Shown here: positions 1-17,599 of the stretch, piece by piece | Numbering within the stretch: position 1 is the stretch's first letter | Layout of the letters: the number at the start of each line of letters is the position of its first letter | DNA from: the human T2T-CHM13v2.0 reference genome, Homo sapiens | Assembly (NCBI RefSeq): GCF_009914755.1 | Contig: NC_060934.1 | Length of the DNA stretch: 64,000 bases | Reading direction: 5' to 3' (one strand) | Notes under the pieces: model-generated | What the model saw: the letters and a program-made list of their open reading frames with translations, nothing else | Database searches by the model: none | What the model was told of the DNA's origin: nothing | Program-made: the position numbers and the translations under genes

Positions 1-292
1 TGTTATTGCATTTCTGACCTGATTCTTTTAAAGGGGCATATATTCCCAATATATACCATTTAGAATGTATGTATGTTTCTTGGATGACTTAATCTGAAGC
101 CATATAAGTCCAAAGTAGTGAGACAGACAGTATATCCTTGACTAAGTTATCAGGCTGTGTTCTCTGCTTATAAAATAATTTTTTAAAAAGCCTCACTTCA
201 CAGTCCTGTTCCAAAAATCTTTCTGTGAAAAAATTGAGGCCTATGTAACACCATGAATATAATCATGTTAGAACATAATCAGTTCTTGAATA

Positions 293-298
293 TTTATT
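293..298 (-). terminator. NT5C2: candidate distal polyadenylation signal AATAAA
   Basis: Plus-strand TTTATT about 1.6 kb downstream of the stop. Confidence 0.55.
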
Positions 299-410
299 TC
301 CTTTAAGAGAATATCAAACTGATGTCACCAAATCTAAACCCACTTGAAGACCAATAGCTATTACAGTTGTACTACAGAATAGGTCAAAGTCACCGTTAGA
401 AATATTACAC

Positions 411-416
411 TTTATT
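411..416 (-). terminator. NT5C2: candidate proximal polyadenylation signal AATAAA
   Basis: Plus-strand TTTATT. Confidence 0.5.
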
Positions 417-629
417 GAATTCTGGAGCAGCTAATCTACCCTCCCCTATTGACCAATGACAAGAATGGAAGAAAATATACAATGGTTAAAGAAAGAGTCT
501 ATAACCACTGTTTGTTTAAAATGTTGAAACAACTTTCACTGTACTGGTGAAACAGTTTTAATACCCTAACATACACAGTAATGATTCATTCTTGTTTAAA
601 ACAAGAGGTGATTTCGACTTGGGATTGGG

Positions 630-927
<298 letters not shown>

Positions 928-1912
928 TTGACTTGAGATTCTGAAGTGAATTTATTCACACTGATTGTGCCCTCTACTTTAGTAAGGTTCTGGCTTACAG
1001 AGCCCTCTTCCCATCCTCTGATGTTCAATTTTAATATACAGCAATCAACTCTTAGAGGACAAAGAAATCTGGAATTGGGTAGCATGAGCCACAGCTATAT
1101 AGCCCACACTAATGCATGTTCTGTAGTATAAGAAGGCAGTTCTTCCCTTTCTTTTCTGGGGGCTTGTTCCTTTGTCCACTTGCAGCTAAATTCTTTCTAT
1201 AGATTTATCACAGATAAGAAGGAGGTTGTTTTTGGATAACAAATAAGCATTTGTGCTATTAAACAAACAAAAGGTAATAAGGATACTGTCTTTTCCCTCA
1301 AAATAGAATCCTGCCCTAAAGCAACGCAAGTAGAGCATACTTCTGTGCAAAGCCAGTGATAGAGAAGCAGCCTTGCCAGAGTCACTGAGGATGAATTAAA
1401 GGCTTATAAAAGAAAACTTGACCTTAACAGAGACTACATTTGATCATGGAAATAATACATTTCTCCACTGATATACAATACCATGTAATGCACTGGAAAA
1501 GTTGGACCTTGGAGTAATAGCACAATTTGTAACATTACAGATCACCTCTTCCCACTCTTTGTTCCACTCTGAGACTCTTTCCTTTTCCTCGTGTATCCAG
1601 ATACACTGACATACGGATGATTTTAAAAGTGTCACAAGCCACAGTGGAGCCATATACATGCAGTTCAGCCTGATTTTACCCTTATTTTCTTCTAATACAG
1701 ACTCCATTACAATTTTGGACCATCTGCAGAGAGTACAGATACACAAAACCAAAACAAGTATCTATGATAATAAAATCTTCAGAAACTTTTCAGACGTACC
1801 TTTCATGGAGCCCCCTCCCTCCCCCGAGTAGAACCCTAACAGGGACCTCGTTTGTTCCTGTGAGTCCTGCCAGGACTTGTTTAATGGGTGCTTGGGGTTT
1901 TGGTTTTCCTCC

Positions 1913-2149
<237 letters not shown>

Positions 2150-2442
2150 CTAGACAGAAAAAAGCTAGAGGCTCAGAAAGCAGGCAGAGCAAAGTAGCTA
2201 CTCCCCAAATCCTAACCCCTCTCCTCTGTTAGGTGGCCATGCAATTACATCTATAATGGACCACAGGACAAGTCAATATAGACTTATCTTCATAGAACTA
2301 CTTATAGTTGCCTGTCTTCCTCTCTCCCTGCCCCTCAAAATGGTGCCCATATTGTCTACTGCAGCTGGAAATTGGAAAAGATGGAGAGGGGAGTTTACTT
2401 TCTATTTTACAGCAAAAACAAGATAGTCCTGAAACAGATCAG

Positions 2443-2448
2443 AATAAA
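2443..2448 (+). terminator. plus-strand AATAAA followed by a U-rich tract; candidate end of a convergent transcript (probably CNNM2 long 3' UTR)
   Basis: AATAAA, then CA dinucleotides near 2462-2465 and TTTTCTTTTTCTT; neighbouring gene identity is from memory. Confidence 0.45.
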
Positions 2449-2465
2449 GGAATGTAAAAACCACA

Positions 2466-2622
2466 TTTTCTTTTTCTTGAGATGGTCTCTCGCTGTCACC
2501 CAGGCTGGAGTACAGTGGAGCAATCACAGCCCACTGCAGCCTCGACTTCCTGGGCTCAATCAATCCTCCCACCTCAGCCTCTAAAGTTCTGGGGTTACAG
2601 GCATGAGCCACCATGCCTGGCC
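2466..2622 (-). mobile_element. Alu monomer/partial (AluJ/FRAM-like)
   Basis: Short Alu reverse complement with T-tract. Confidence 0.8.
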
Positions 2623-2845
2623 CACATACAGCTTTTAATAGAGTAGACTTCAGAGAGTAAAGTTACACTCTTAACTTCCAATGTTGGTTCTACTTTCTCA
2701 AAGACCCCTTCTTATGCAACCATATAACCTGCCCCTGGGCTCTGTACATCAGAAAGAAATGTTCAAACTATCTCCTGTGCCATCTCACAAAGGTGGTTGC
2801 TGACCCTGGGCTTAGAGTACATCTTGGCTGTCCATTACAGCTTTA

Positions 2846-3028
<183 letters not shown>

Positions 3029-3176
3029 CTAAAACAAAGAACAAGATTGATTCTTGGCTCATTCAACAAATATTTATTGAGCAGTAGTTGAATGCTAGTC
3101 TCTATAATAAATCAGGAATGTGAAAAAAGCATTTAAACTTATTTCCCAAGTTTTCTCCCAAATCCCATTTGGATAC

Positions 3177-3237
3177 CTTAATACGTCTCTGGATGGAACT
3201 GATGTCTGGACGCTCATTGCTACTGCTGTCAAGATGC
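3177..3237 (-). CDS. NT5C2: NT5C2 exon c.1212-1272 ([20 protein letters not shown])
   Basis: 61 nt, GT-AG, frame consistent. Confidence 0.97.
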
Positions 3238-3280
3238 CTAAAGATAAAAGAAAAACTCAGTGAAAATCTCTGGGAAGAGC

Positions 3281-3758
<478 letters not shown>

Positions 3759-3804
3759 TGATTCCTGAGTAAGTTTTTGGGAAAGAAATTTTTAGAAAAC
3801 TTAC

Positions 3805-3856
3805 TTGTAGAGTTCAGCCAAGAAAATATCCAAGCTCTGAAGTTCTTCGAAAAGTG
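3805..3856 (-). CDS. NT5C2: NT5C2 exon c.1160-1211 (SLFEELQSLDIFLAELYK)
   Basis: 52 nt, GTAAGT donor, AG at 3857-3858. Confidence 0.97.
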
Positions 3857-4639
3857 CTAGTTAAGGTTTGGAAGGAAAAGGAAGACATTTTAAATAAATA
3901 AGCACCTAGTTCTTAACTGCTGCTAAACTAAAAGGTTGCAGATGTGACTGGAAAGTAGAACCTGGGACTAACATGCTGAGTGTACAGTTACCTCCTCTTC
4001 CCCTCTTCAGGATAACTCACTGATACCTGCTTGGAGTCTGACAACAGATGAACACCATCACCTTCTCTTTAACTGCCTTTCCTCCTGCTTAAACACCATG
4101 ATGACAACTTTCCCTTCCAGCTGCACGCTCATTCTGAGCTTGTAAAGTACCAGAATTTACATGCTGTCTCAGGTGCAGTCAGCTAAGCAAATGTTAACAG
4201 TCCCATTTTCAGATGAAAGATTGAGAATCAGGTGACTTTTCCTGAGTCACAGGTCCAGGGCCAAATCAACTAGATTTCTAAAACTTCATAGGTAGAAAGT
4301 TGAAAATGTGAATGAAAGGCTAGCCAGAAAATCCCACTGATAGTACAGACAGTAACAGCAACAGCCAGCATCTACAGCATGCTGCCGGTGTGTTGCAGCC
4401 TTTGTCAGTCTGGGTTCCTCAAGACAAGCCCTCCTTCATCTACTGTATGTAACACATTTTCTTCTATCTACCATCTTTAGGAGAACTGAGAAAAGTGTTA
4501 CTCAAATAATTTTCTGTATTCAGCTCCATTGGAAAGGTAAAATAATAGTAATAATTTTCTGTGTTTCGGATATGGAGCCTTGGTTGAGAAAGGCTGTCAT
4601 GTCTATCTTTATACACATATTACCTCCGTTTTTCATCAG

Positions 4640-4760
4640 CTTTAGGAGGTAGGTATTATCCCCATTTTTACATTTGAGGAAACTAAGGCACAGGGTATCT
4701 CATTAACTTGCCTAACGGCATGCAGATTTCAAGTTATGGAGCCAGGGCTCCTACCCCAGG
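4640..4760. mobile_element. MIR fragment
   Basis: attatccccattttacatttgaggaaactaaggcacag MIR core-like. Confidence 0.7.
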
Positions 4761-5329
4761 CAGGCTGAGTTTCCGGAGTCACCTTCACCACACTGCAGGT
4801 AATGCGCATCAAGGCTGGCTGGAGAACTTGTATATCAAGCACTTTTACAGAACTATATCCGTAACTCAGTTCAGCACAGTGTGTATACTGCATATACACA
4901 GCATAGCTTAGTTCAAGAATACAATATGGCCTCATTCTCTAGATCTCAGAAGAGTAAATAAAAAATACCAGAGGTGATTAACATTCAGAGCCATCACTGC
5001 CCCAGAATCACAGATATGGGCTGTTAGCAGAGAGACTGGGACTGCTAGGCATGGTTGGGGAAATATGGGACCACAGAGGAAAAGTTGAGCTCCAGTTCAC
5101 AACTTAGTGTTACTGTAACACAACTCAAGACGCCAACATTCTAAACTTAACCTCGAAGAGATTCAAGAAGGTTAAACAAGATAACCTCTCATATTTATTC
5201 AAATTCTGGAGTTCTGTGAAATATCTGAATATTCTATGGGAAGGAAGTATCCAAATATCAAGGCCTGCCTTTTGACCACCTCTGACTTCCTGAATACAAA
5301 GTAATGGTTTATCAAAGACGACTGATTCA

Positions 5330-5590
<261 letters not shown>

Positions 5591-6111
5591 TTAAAATCAG
5601 CATTCCAATAGTATTTAACCATTAAATACTATGATTCATTTTATTCTTATATGAGGAACAGACTAGGAAGAATAGACAAAGACTCACCATTCTCTTTTTA
5701 CTGCCTTCTAAGACAAGGCCTTCAGCTCCACTGTGCTGACCAGAGCTCTTGCTCACCAAATCCAAGAGCAACAAAACTACATCCTCAGCTTAGTGAAAAT
5801 AACCTTCAAAACAGCCACTGCCAATTTCATCACAAATCTGCCATTAAGCTGGCTTTACTCAACTGTTTATAACTCCAACATACTATGTACCTATACCCAT
5901 GGAACTCCTTGAGAAACCCTTGAGAACATATTGAGAAGTACCCCCAAGTGATTCGAAGCACTGAGAAAAAGCCTCCAATAGGATTTAAAAAAAAAACTGA
6001 TCATTTTAGTGAAAATCAGATTCATTAGGATATACTAACAACTGCTCAAACCCAGACTCCTATTGCATTAAGAGGTGACTAAACTATTTACCTTCAGTAG
6101 ATGACATCTTA

Positions 6112-6309
<198 letters not shown>

Positions 6310-6561
6310 TTATCATCCTATCACAATCCTCCCCTCACCCCACAACCCTCCCATCCCACCCCCCACCACCAGTGCTACTTGGCCAGACAGCCAAATGAAT
6401 GGCACTTACTCTTTTCAATTAGTGGGTTTGTTTGACTGTTTCAGTTAAGACCAAAACTCTTAATTTCAAAAGAGAGATACGGCTAATTAAAAAAAAAAAA
6501 TTCCTGTTTCCTTATGTAGAGTAAGAGTGGGGGAAGGAGAAACATTAAGGACAATGTGCTA

Positions 6562-6735
<174 letters not shown>

Positions 6736-6842
6736 TTACCTTAAGGCATTACTATTTAATCTCACTCAGATGCAAGGAATATAAAAATACTAAGTATAGC
6801 CAGAAGATCCCACTATTTTATTTTTTAAAAAGGTATTGTGTC

Positions 6843-7151
<309 letters not shown>

Positions 7152-8180
7152 TTATAAGCCATATCCTTTGGGAAGCAGACAAGATATAAATAATAAATAA
7201 CTGTAATAACACATTCTATACATTAAATCATTTCATCTACTACTAAATTACAATACTTATTTTACAGCACTTTATGAAAGTGTGCTCACCTGAAATTTGC
7301 TAAAAGGAGCTCAAAAGAGCTAGGGAGAGATGCAAATCAATACCCAAGGGACAGATTAAGACAGAGGCAGGCATCAGAGCTAAAGTATACAAACTAACAT
7401 GGAACTATTAGGAAATTTTACTGGTTACATTCTCAGAATGATGGCTCTAGGTACACACTGGCTTTTGGCTCACAGTGTAAGCTAATCACAATACTGAGTT
7501 ATGCCCATTAAAATCATGACTATCCTGAAATGGAACCCTGGCATTAACCTTTTAAGACCAACCTGAAGGGCACTGCACACTGTGATTTCAGGTGTTCTCA
7601 AAACAGGGATTTGCTGATGTTTATTCACTAAAGTCTAGGACTAAAATTCTGTAAGTATGTGACTAAGTTGCAAGGAGTATTCCTTAAACCTAAGTGCAGC
7701 CGTACTGCAGAAATGAAGACTTCTCTGCTAAATATCAAGGCTGAGTGCTCTCTTGGCAAAAACTTAGCAACAACTAATACAAAATCTAGAAGTTGTCAAG
7801 AATACACATACATTTTCTGTTTCTGTTAATCAAATATCATCCACAACCTGAAAATTCCTTTCATTGCCACACAAACTTAATTTTGCATAGAACTTCTTGG
7901 GCATAAAATTATTCTGATCCCATCCTACTAAATATCACATGAATATCCCTTTTATTTCTGTCTATTAAGTATTCAAGTTGCGGACTCTAAATTAGCAATT
8001 TGATTTTAAATTCTACTAGCTCCTGGATTACTTCTAATGTTAATGAAGATTAGACAATAGGCTTAAAAAGTAGGACTTTTCTGGGTGGGTTCTGACCAAT
8101 TCTTTCCCCCTTAATATTCCAGAATGATTAAATGCATTCATTGTTATTAAAGCAGTGGTCTATTGAGTCACATACGGTAC

Positions 8181-8222
8181 CTTGGGGCCATGTGGGAAGT
8201 CAAACAGGTAAGTCATAATTTT
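8181..8222 (-). CDS. NT5C2: NT5C2 exon c.772-813 (KIMTYLFDFPHGPK)
   Basis: 42 nt, symmetric phase 0, AG at 8223-8224, weak donor GTACCG. Confidence 0.96.
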
Positions 8223-8805
8223 CTGGAAAAAAAAATTTAACATAAGGTCCATATACTACTTTTGCAAAAGGTATATAACCTAAAGAAATTACAAGCTTTT
8301 CACAAAACATGTCTTTTTCAACATAGGACTCACCACATTCTTGTTTCCTCTAAATTTTATGAAATCATGGCAGTGGAAGCCAGAAATTAATGCTTTACCA
8401 TATACCAAAAAGAAAAAAAGGCTTCTGACATTCTCAGGGAGGATACATACTTCCTCTGGAAGATGTTTTTGAACACACATTTGGAGGAAAGGAGCATATG
8501 AGGTAGGGGTATAGAGAAAACTAATGACTCACACAGAAATAACCTATCACCTTGGCTTCGCTACTGCCATCCCTAGACCAACTAAGTCAACAAACCAACG
8601 GTTTATGTAAGACTGTTTACTACAAATCACCAGGTGTCTAAATCAAGTTTACATGTACAGCGAATTGGGGGAAGTGGAACTTCTTGCCAGTACTATAAAT
8701 TTTTAAGTGTCTCAGCAAAAGTAAGATGAAGTTAAGGAGTTAGATCAGTTTTTCCACATGCTTTAATCATGGGAAAAAACTGTTTTTAAGAGGTAGTAAA
8801 TTTTG

Positions 8806-9269
<464 letters not shown>

Positions 9270-9382
9270 TTAATCTTTACAAATGTTTTAAATAACCCCA
9301 AGATTAAAATTTTCAAGTAGCCAATTATAATCAGTGAAAATGGTTAAAATAAATTTCTAGAAAAATTTGAGAACCACTGTTA

Positions 9383-9679
<297 letters not shown>

Positions 9680-10689
9680 TCAAATACTGGATTTCTGTCC
9701 ACAACAGGAATGGGGGAACCTTTTAAGGGTTAGCTGATTTCAGAATTTTGCACTTAAAAGCCCACATTATCACTATAAATGAATAAAGTATTAACATATG
9801 TAGTATACACAGTGTATGTAATAGATTTACATGTAAAATTATACACATATTTATAGGGGTTATATGGCTGTTAACAACATATCTCTACCTTCCTCATGAT
9901 GTCTGCCTCAGGAAAGAGTTTAAATTACCTTGAGATTTCTTGAAGTATGTGAGGTGTGTTAAAGGTCAGCAGAAGCTGATTTAAACATGCTCTACATAGA
10001 GATTATTAGATATGGCTTTCAGTGTGTACACTATGGTTTTATAAAACACCTTGCAGAATGAAATGACATGTGCAGATGCTACCTAGAAATACCCACACCC
10101 ACGTGCGCTTAAATGAGGAAATTCTAACCCCTCATGTGCCTGGAAAGAAAAATATCTTTTCCTTCTCGCATAGCAAATAGATTCCTTCACTCAAATTCTC
10201 CCGGACCCTCCCCATTCAGTGTTCTTTCTTGAAATAAGGGAGGTGGGTGAAAATAGGAAGCACAAAAACTGAAAACAAGAAATCTTTACCACAGTACTTT
10301 GAGAAAATACTGTATTCTGCTACTTTTACTCTGTAGGAAAAGAAAGAAGTATGTCATCTTGGGGCACTATGTGTGTTTAATTTTTATTCTAAAACAGTTC
10401 TAGACTTATAGAAAAGCTGTGAAAATAAAGAGTTCCCATATATTCTTCCTCCAGTTTCCCTTAATATTAACATCTTATATAACCACAGTATAATTATGAA
10501 AAGTATGAAATTAACATTGGTACAATACTATTAACCACAGATTTTTTAAAAAATTTTATCAGGTTTGCCACTAATGCCTTTTAAGGTACTTTAAAGCTTT
10601 CCTCATTACTCTCTGTTGACAGGTTAAAGGCATTTTAAATAACAGTAACATATATGCACATTTTTGAGATGATCTAGTGCAGTAGTTAT

Positions 10690-10890
10690 GATTTGGGTGT
10701 GACTTAGCTTTACTACTTACTAACTGTGTGACCTCTGGCAAGTTATTTAATCCCTCTATTTCTCAGGTTTTTTATCTATAAAACAGAGGCAACAATAATA
10801 CCTAACTCAAGGTCATACAGAAGATTAAATGGCATAATGCATGTAATCACTTAGCATGGTGATGATGTGCATACAGTAAACCTCTAACTG
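10690..10890. mobile_element. MIR
   Basis: actgtgtgacctctggcaagttatttaatccctct...tttttatctataaaa MIR core. Confidence 0.7.
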
Positions 10891-10915
10891 CTATTATAAT
10901 TGAAGCTAAGCGAAC

Positions 10916-11000
10916 AAATGCAATACTGAGTCTTCTTGCCTATCAAGAAACAGGAAAAATGAAATACTGAGTCTTCTTGCCTATCAAGAAACAGGAAAAA
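10916..11000. repeat. 41-bp tandem duplication
   Basis: aatactgagtcttcttgcctatcaagaaacaggaaaaa at 10922-10959 and 10963-11000. Confidence 0.92.
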
Positions 11001-11172
11001 CTCTACTAAGACCTATGCTCTAGCTGAATATTCTTGGTGATTATACCCGACACATACTATGCCAAGACAAATCTCTTCTTTTGTCCATTTCATTATAAAT
11101 CAGCTTGTTATTAATTTCCCTAATAGGTAAAATGAGCTATTATGCAGATCTATTTTCCCCTATATTACTTAC

Positions 11173-11226
11173 ATCTTTGACTACATACTTCTCAAGATTT
11201 TCAACTGTCTTTTCCTTAAGGGAGCC
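11173..11226 (-). CDS. NT5C2: NT5C2 exon c.634-687 (GSLKEKTVENLEKYVVKD)
   Basis: 54 nt, GTAAGT donor, AG at 11227-11228. Confidence 0.97.
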
Positions 11227-11323
11227 CTGGAGGAAGACAAAAAAAAGAATTAAGAAAAGAACAAAATCAGTTTTTAACATGTAGTTTATAAGAAAAATGG
11301 TTTTTACTAATCAACCCAAATCC

Positions 11324-11683
<360 letters not shown>

Positions 11684-12107
11684 TAGCAGGTATGATTTGC
11701 TGCAACCCTGCCTCTAAAATTTGTCTTCAAAATATAAAACAGTTTCTATTTTAAGTTTGAAATTAAAAGGCATTTCATATTTTATTCAATAGTTTATAAT
11801 ACATGTAAATTTAATATTTATTAATGTTATTAGTCGGGTGGGAGGTATCTGGACAAAAAAAATGGACCACTGTCATCCACAAAGGATATGTTAAGTATAA
11901 TGTAATACACTAAAACCTCTTCTAAGTTTGAGAAATGCAAACTAAAATAAAATCCAGAAGCCAAACACCATCACTGAGGAAAGATCAACATTACCACCGA
12001 GACCAAAGACAAGAACAAATGTATTCTAGAGGGCTATCACTAGGCGGGGGCAAATCTGTTTTTTCTTTTTTTAAAAAAAGAAATATTCTGCTCCATTTGG
12101 AAAGTTA

Positions 12108-12320
<213 letters not shown>

Positions 12321-13286
12321 TCAAAAATTTCCCAGGGGACCCAAAGGTTCCATATCACATGGGTAAAGGCTGTGGCTAATGAGGAAAATAATTACTCCCT
12401 AATGAAAGTCCACTTTGACCACCAGAAATGGCTATAGTGTTCAATGGAATACAGTAATTGTGAACAAATACAAAGTGATAGAAGAATATATTGAATGGAA
12501 GCTAAAAGGCCAAAGTTCCAAAAATGTCAGGTTTTTTTATTTATCACTTTTTAGAAACAGGTTGAAGAAACATTTAAAACTTAAAATTGGTCATTTAGGT
12601 TCTTTCCACCCTGACTTTCCTGACACTGTCCCTAAGTACAAAGGTACTGTCCATTTTTTTATTTAGTTCAGTGACTCAGCTTTCCACCAAATTTAGTGTC
12701 TTCAAGTGGATAAAGCCCAAAGAGGATAAGAAGTTAGCCAACTCTGGTATATAGATGGCTAAACTTTCAGTATTGGCTATATAATTCTCCCTAAAGGGAG
12801 AGGATAACTTGTTTAAGACTTACGCAAAATTTTACTTCTGATAAGATACACAGTATTTATTCCTTAATCAAATCTTGCCGGGCCTGGGAATGAAATTAAA
12901 TTACCATCCCTGAATGGCTCCTGGGTAGCTGCTGTGAAATGAGTTGGGGGGTTTTAGTGTAATTCTGCTTGGACAGATAATCATCACACAAACCTCCCAC
13001 TCAGTTGTCACAATTAGCACCTCTGCTGGCCGTCTTCATTCCCAGGAGAAGCCAATCAGAAGTGGTGGCTGCAGCACACTGGCAAGGAGAGGGGCCGTGT
13101 GGGAGGTGAGAGCCTGCATGGAGCTGCTGGTGCTGTCCCATCTCTCAGGTTGGCAATGTGGCATCTCTCACTAGCACTAAATTCACTTTAGAAAAGCAGA
13201 AAAGACCTACAATGGCCAGTTCTCTAAAACCCTGTGCATTAATTTTAAAAATCAATTGGAAAAAAATAATTATAGTATATACATAC

Positions 13287-13344
13287 CTGGTATATCTGGG
13301 ACAATTAGTAAAAAAATCTACTAGGCAGGCCAACAGGTAGGTCT
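13287..13344 (-). CDS. NT5C2: NT5C2 exon c.482-539 ([20 protein letters not shown])
   Basis: 58 nt, GTATGT donor. Confidence 0.97.
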
Positions 13345-13476
13345 CTGAAAAATGAAGAACAGATATTCATAAGCTATAATGAAATAATTCAAACTTATTT
13401 CATTACCTCCCTTGAATACAGACTAATGGTCACAGAAGGGAAAGCATCAGTATAAATAAGCATAGAATGAATCTAC

Positions 13477-13568
13477 CTGGTAGGTTGAATAGTGTGTTCA
13501 GAATGTAAAATCTTTCAGTATCATCTCGCTGGATAAATTTATTTGGATACTGTTCTCTAGTTTCTGGT
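13477..13568 (-). CDS. NT5C2: NT5C2 exon c.390-481 ([30 protein letters not shown])
   Basis: 92 nt, GT-AG. Confidence 0.97.
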
Positions 13569-13739
13569 CTGAAAGAAAAATTTAAAAATTAACTGATTTT
13601 TAAAATAACATTATAATAATTGGGAAATAGCATTATTCAAAAATTAACTCAAATATTTTGATGGCTATGTGCAAGACAGAATTCCGAATATTACGCATGG
13701 ATAGCTATGAAGATGAACGAGTTCAGGTTCCAGCTCTTT

Positions 13740-13885
13740 ATTTTTTTTAATTTTAATTTTTTTTTTTTTTTAAGACAGTCTTGCTATTTTAAGTCCAGGC
13801 TGGACTCAAACTCCTGAAGATTGCTCAAGCAATCTTCCCACCTCAGCCTCCCAAGTAGCTGGGATTACAGGTGTGATGTCCAGCT
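13740..13885 (-). mobile_element. Alu monomer (FLAM-like)
   Basis: Monomeric Alu with TSD aggttccagctctt on both sides. Confidence 0.8.
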
Positions 13886-15981
13886 TAGGTTCCAGCTCTT
13901 AAAAGAGTTGTCAGTGTGGTGGGCGAGGTGGGTCACATACACATATAATTATAAGGTAAAAAATCACAACTACTACAAGAAAGGTGCAAACATTTATGAG
14001 AAAACCAAAGAAGGGAACACCATTTCAACTTAAGAGGTAGAGAGAAGCAAATGTGAGGACTAAGGAGAGGAAAATCTAGGAAGGATTCATGCACGTGCTG
14101 GTATATGAGCTGGGCCTTAAAGGCTAGGTGGACCAGTTGTGAAACTAGTCCAACTTGGGTAGAGAAAGGGGAGCAGAGAAAAATTAAGCTAGAAAGATGG
14201 GTTGAGGCAGATTAAGCTACTGTTTCTACACCATTTAGGGGCAAGAGGGTACTACTGACAGTTTTAAAGCAGAGGATAATCCCATCGGGGCTGAGTTGTA
14301 AAACAAAATTAAATTAGTGGCTGTTTTAGGATAAACTGGGGAAAGACAATGTGATGCACTCCAACAATGGCCACAAATTCTTCCTGTCTCTTTGTGATGC
14401 AATTTTGTGGCTCCTCCCATTAGAACTCAGTCTATTTCTCTATCCTTGAATATAGGCTTGTATAGCAGCAAATGGGATCCAAGCAGAGACCTAGAAAAAC
14501 ATGTGTGTATTGAGGCTTAATCTCTCTTGCAGCACTTGGAACCATGGACTACTATGTGCATGACAGTGAGATAGTCTGCTGGAGGATAGAAGGCTACATG
14601 TAGAAATGAAGCACTCGGCCAACAGCCTGTGAATGCCAGACATGTGCATGAGGCCATTGTAGATCAGATGCCAGGTCACCCACCAGCTAACCACAGACAT
14701 GTGAAAGAGCATAGAGAGATCAGCTGTGCAACCCAGAATCACCCAGTTGACTCTCAGAATTTTTTCTTTTTTCTTTTTTTTTTTTTGAGACAGAGTCTCA
14801 CTCTGTCGGCCAGGCTGGAGTGCAGTGGCGTGATCTCAGCTCACTCATATATTCAAGAGAGATTACCAAGGTAAAATAAGACCCGGCAAACTGAGCAGAT
14901 TTGGCTGGGGGAACATTAAAGAGTCAAAGATGATGATGTCCATGCTAAGGTGTCTCTGAGAGGTGGTTGGTACGATGAACAGAAATATGAAAACTAGATA
15001 AGAAGTGATGTGAGAGTAGTTCTATTTTAGTGATACTAAGTTTGAAGTAAACTGATTTTTATTAGGCAATTAGAAACAAAGGTCAAGAACTTAAAAGAGA
15101 TTCAGCCTTGAGAGATAACTGAGATCATCTACGTACAGATACTAGATGGAATCATGAAAAGTATTAGAGGAGATGAAACCACTTAGTGTGCAGAGAAGGA
15201 AGAGAAGAGACAGAACAGAACCATGAAGAAAATTCAAGGTTTAAAAGAAAAAAGCCAGTGAAGCAGAATTTGTTAAAGATGCAAAAACACTTCTAGAAGA
15301 AAACATTTCAGAGAAACTCAAAGGGAAAAATACTAAAATATAAAAATGCACAGTTCTGACAGTGAATACATGGAGATTAACAATGTAAATAAAGGAAATC
15401 AAATTTAAAGCTCACACTCAGAGTGACCTGGATTAATTCCTGCCTGGGTTTGTTAACTACAAATGGCATAAACTCTAGTTAGACATATAAAAATCACATT
15501 AGCTCCCTGTCTTAAGTCACTCTTCTGAGATGAGAGTTCCCAATAATGAATAACTTTGTAGAGTATCTTATCTTCTAGCTTTCCAAGATTTTCTTTAATA
15601 AAAGTAAGGTGGAAGGTAACAGTAAAAATATACTTTCTTCAGTTAGATTTAATAAGCTGACACTGTCTCCTTAGATACAATATACTTCCCTATTCCCTCC
15701 ATCATTAAAGAAAAATTCCTTTACATAAAGATGGTTAACATTTATTAGGCAGTTAGAACCCAAATTGATTTATAAATATAGTTAGCAATTACATTGTAAA
15801 CTTCAGTGTCAAATCACACTAGTATATATTTAAAATAAAAATCAATTTGGGGGAGGTAATATATCATAAAAGAAATGCTACACTTGGAATGGGAAGAAAA
15901 CAGTTACAGCACAGATTACTACTAACTTTCTGTGACCCACAGAATAAAAATTTATCAAAAAATAAGGTCCTAACTCATTAG

Positions 15982-16387
<406 letters not shown>

Positions 16388-17599
16388 AGCTTTTCTGTTT
16401 AACTCTAAAGACTGCACAGTGCTAAGTGCTATTTGAATGATTCTGCATTTACTCATAAATGACTTATTTTTGAAACACTATTAAATGCATTAGCAAAGGA
16501 GCTATGTGGAAACTTTATTGGCTTATTTAAGGGAAGAGAGGAAGTCTGTGGATCTTGAGTTGGAAATTTGATCGTAGTACTAACTTATCCAACTGCTTCT
16601 CTTTTCTTCTCTGCCTACCCCTCCCTTATAATACAAAAATTCCTTTTTAGACATAATAGAACCCTGGTTCATCTTCATTGAGATTCTGAGTTATGATGAC
16701 AATATCTGTGTATAAAATAGCTTAAGTTACTAGTACAACCTGTAATTACTTCATATTCTAAATCCTGTTTCCTGATATTTTCATGGATCCTGAACAAACC
16801 CCCTCATGAAAGAAACAGTGAAAGAAATGTGGATGTAATCACTGGCCTGCTCAGATGTGTCAAGATGGGTGTTTACTTCACACCGTTCTCATGTATACAT
16901 GGAAATCTCTGAGCCTGTGTAATGTCAGTAATGCCAACTAAAGAGTCTTAGATGCTTCAATTCTAAGGGGCATCCTGTGACCTCAAATCTAAAGGAAGCT
17001 CTGGTACAATTACAGTTGGTTTGTGCCTCTTATCACAAAAAAAGACATTGTCTTTTTAAACATTTCAATGTAGCCTGGTGTTTTTCCTATTCTGCCATCA
17101 AGAATGAATAGTAAATGGAAAAGTTACATAAGAGACTGACACACATCCTATTCTGGTTTTACGAGCTGTTGTTCTGACCTTAATACAATGTCAATAGTAA
17201 ATAAGGTGGCATAACAGTAGAGAAAATGTATAACAGTAAAGCTATAGCTACAGAAGTTGTCAAATTGTGGCATTATGATTTGAAAATATTGGGACATTTC
17301 ACAAAAAAATAGTAGATACTAAATTTCATCTGCTGTTTACTAGGGTAAAAAGTTCAAATTAGTGACAATAGTGGAAATATTTTTATTTTGAAAATAAAGC
17401 TTATTCTTATTTGTTTAAAATATTATTAGCACATATTCACTTTAACCTTATGTTTACATTTTTTTAATGACACAATCAAATGTCAGGATTCAAAGTTTAG
17501 ATTCATTAGAATCTAAAAAACGTATTGGCTATTAAAAATCTCTTAATCATTTAAATTGCTATAGTTTAAAATTTTTTCAAAGCATTTTTATATACATAC

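Noticed and set aside
7290-7319. CAG|GTGAGC donor with nearby AG acceptors
   Set aside because: Would give a 10-nt or stop-containing 30-nt exon; such motif pairs are common by chance
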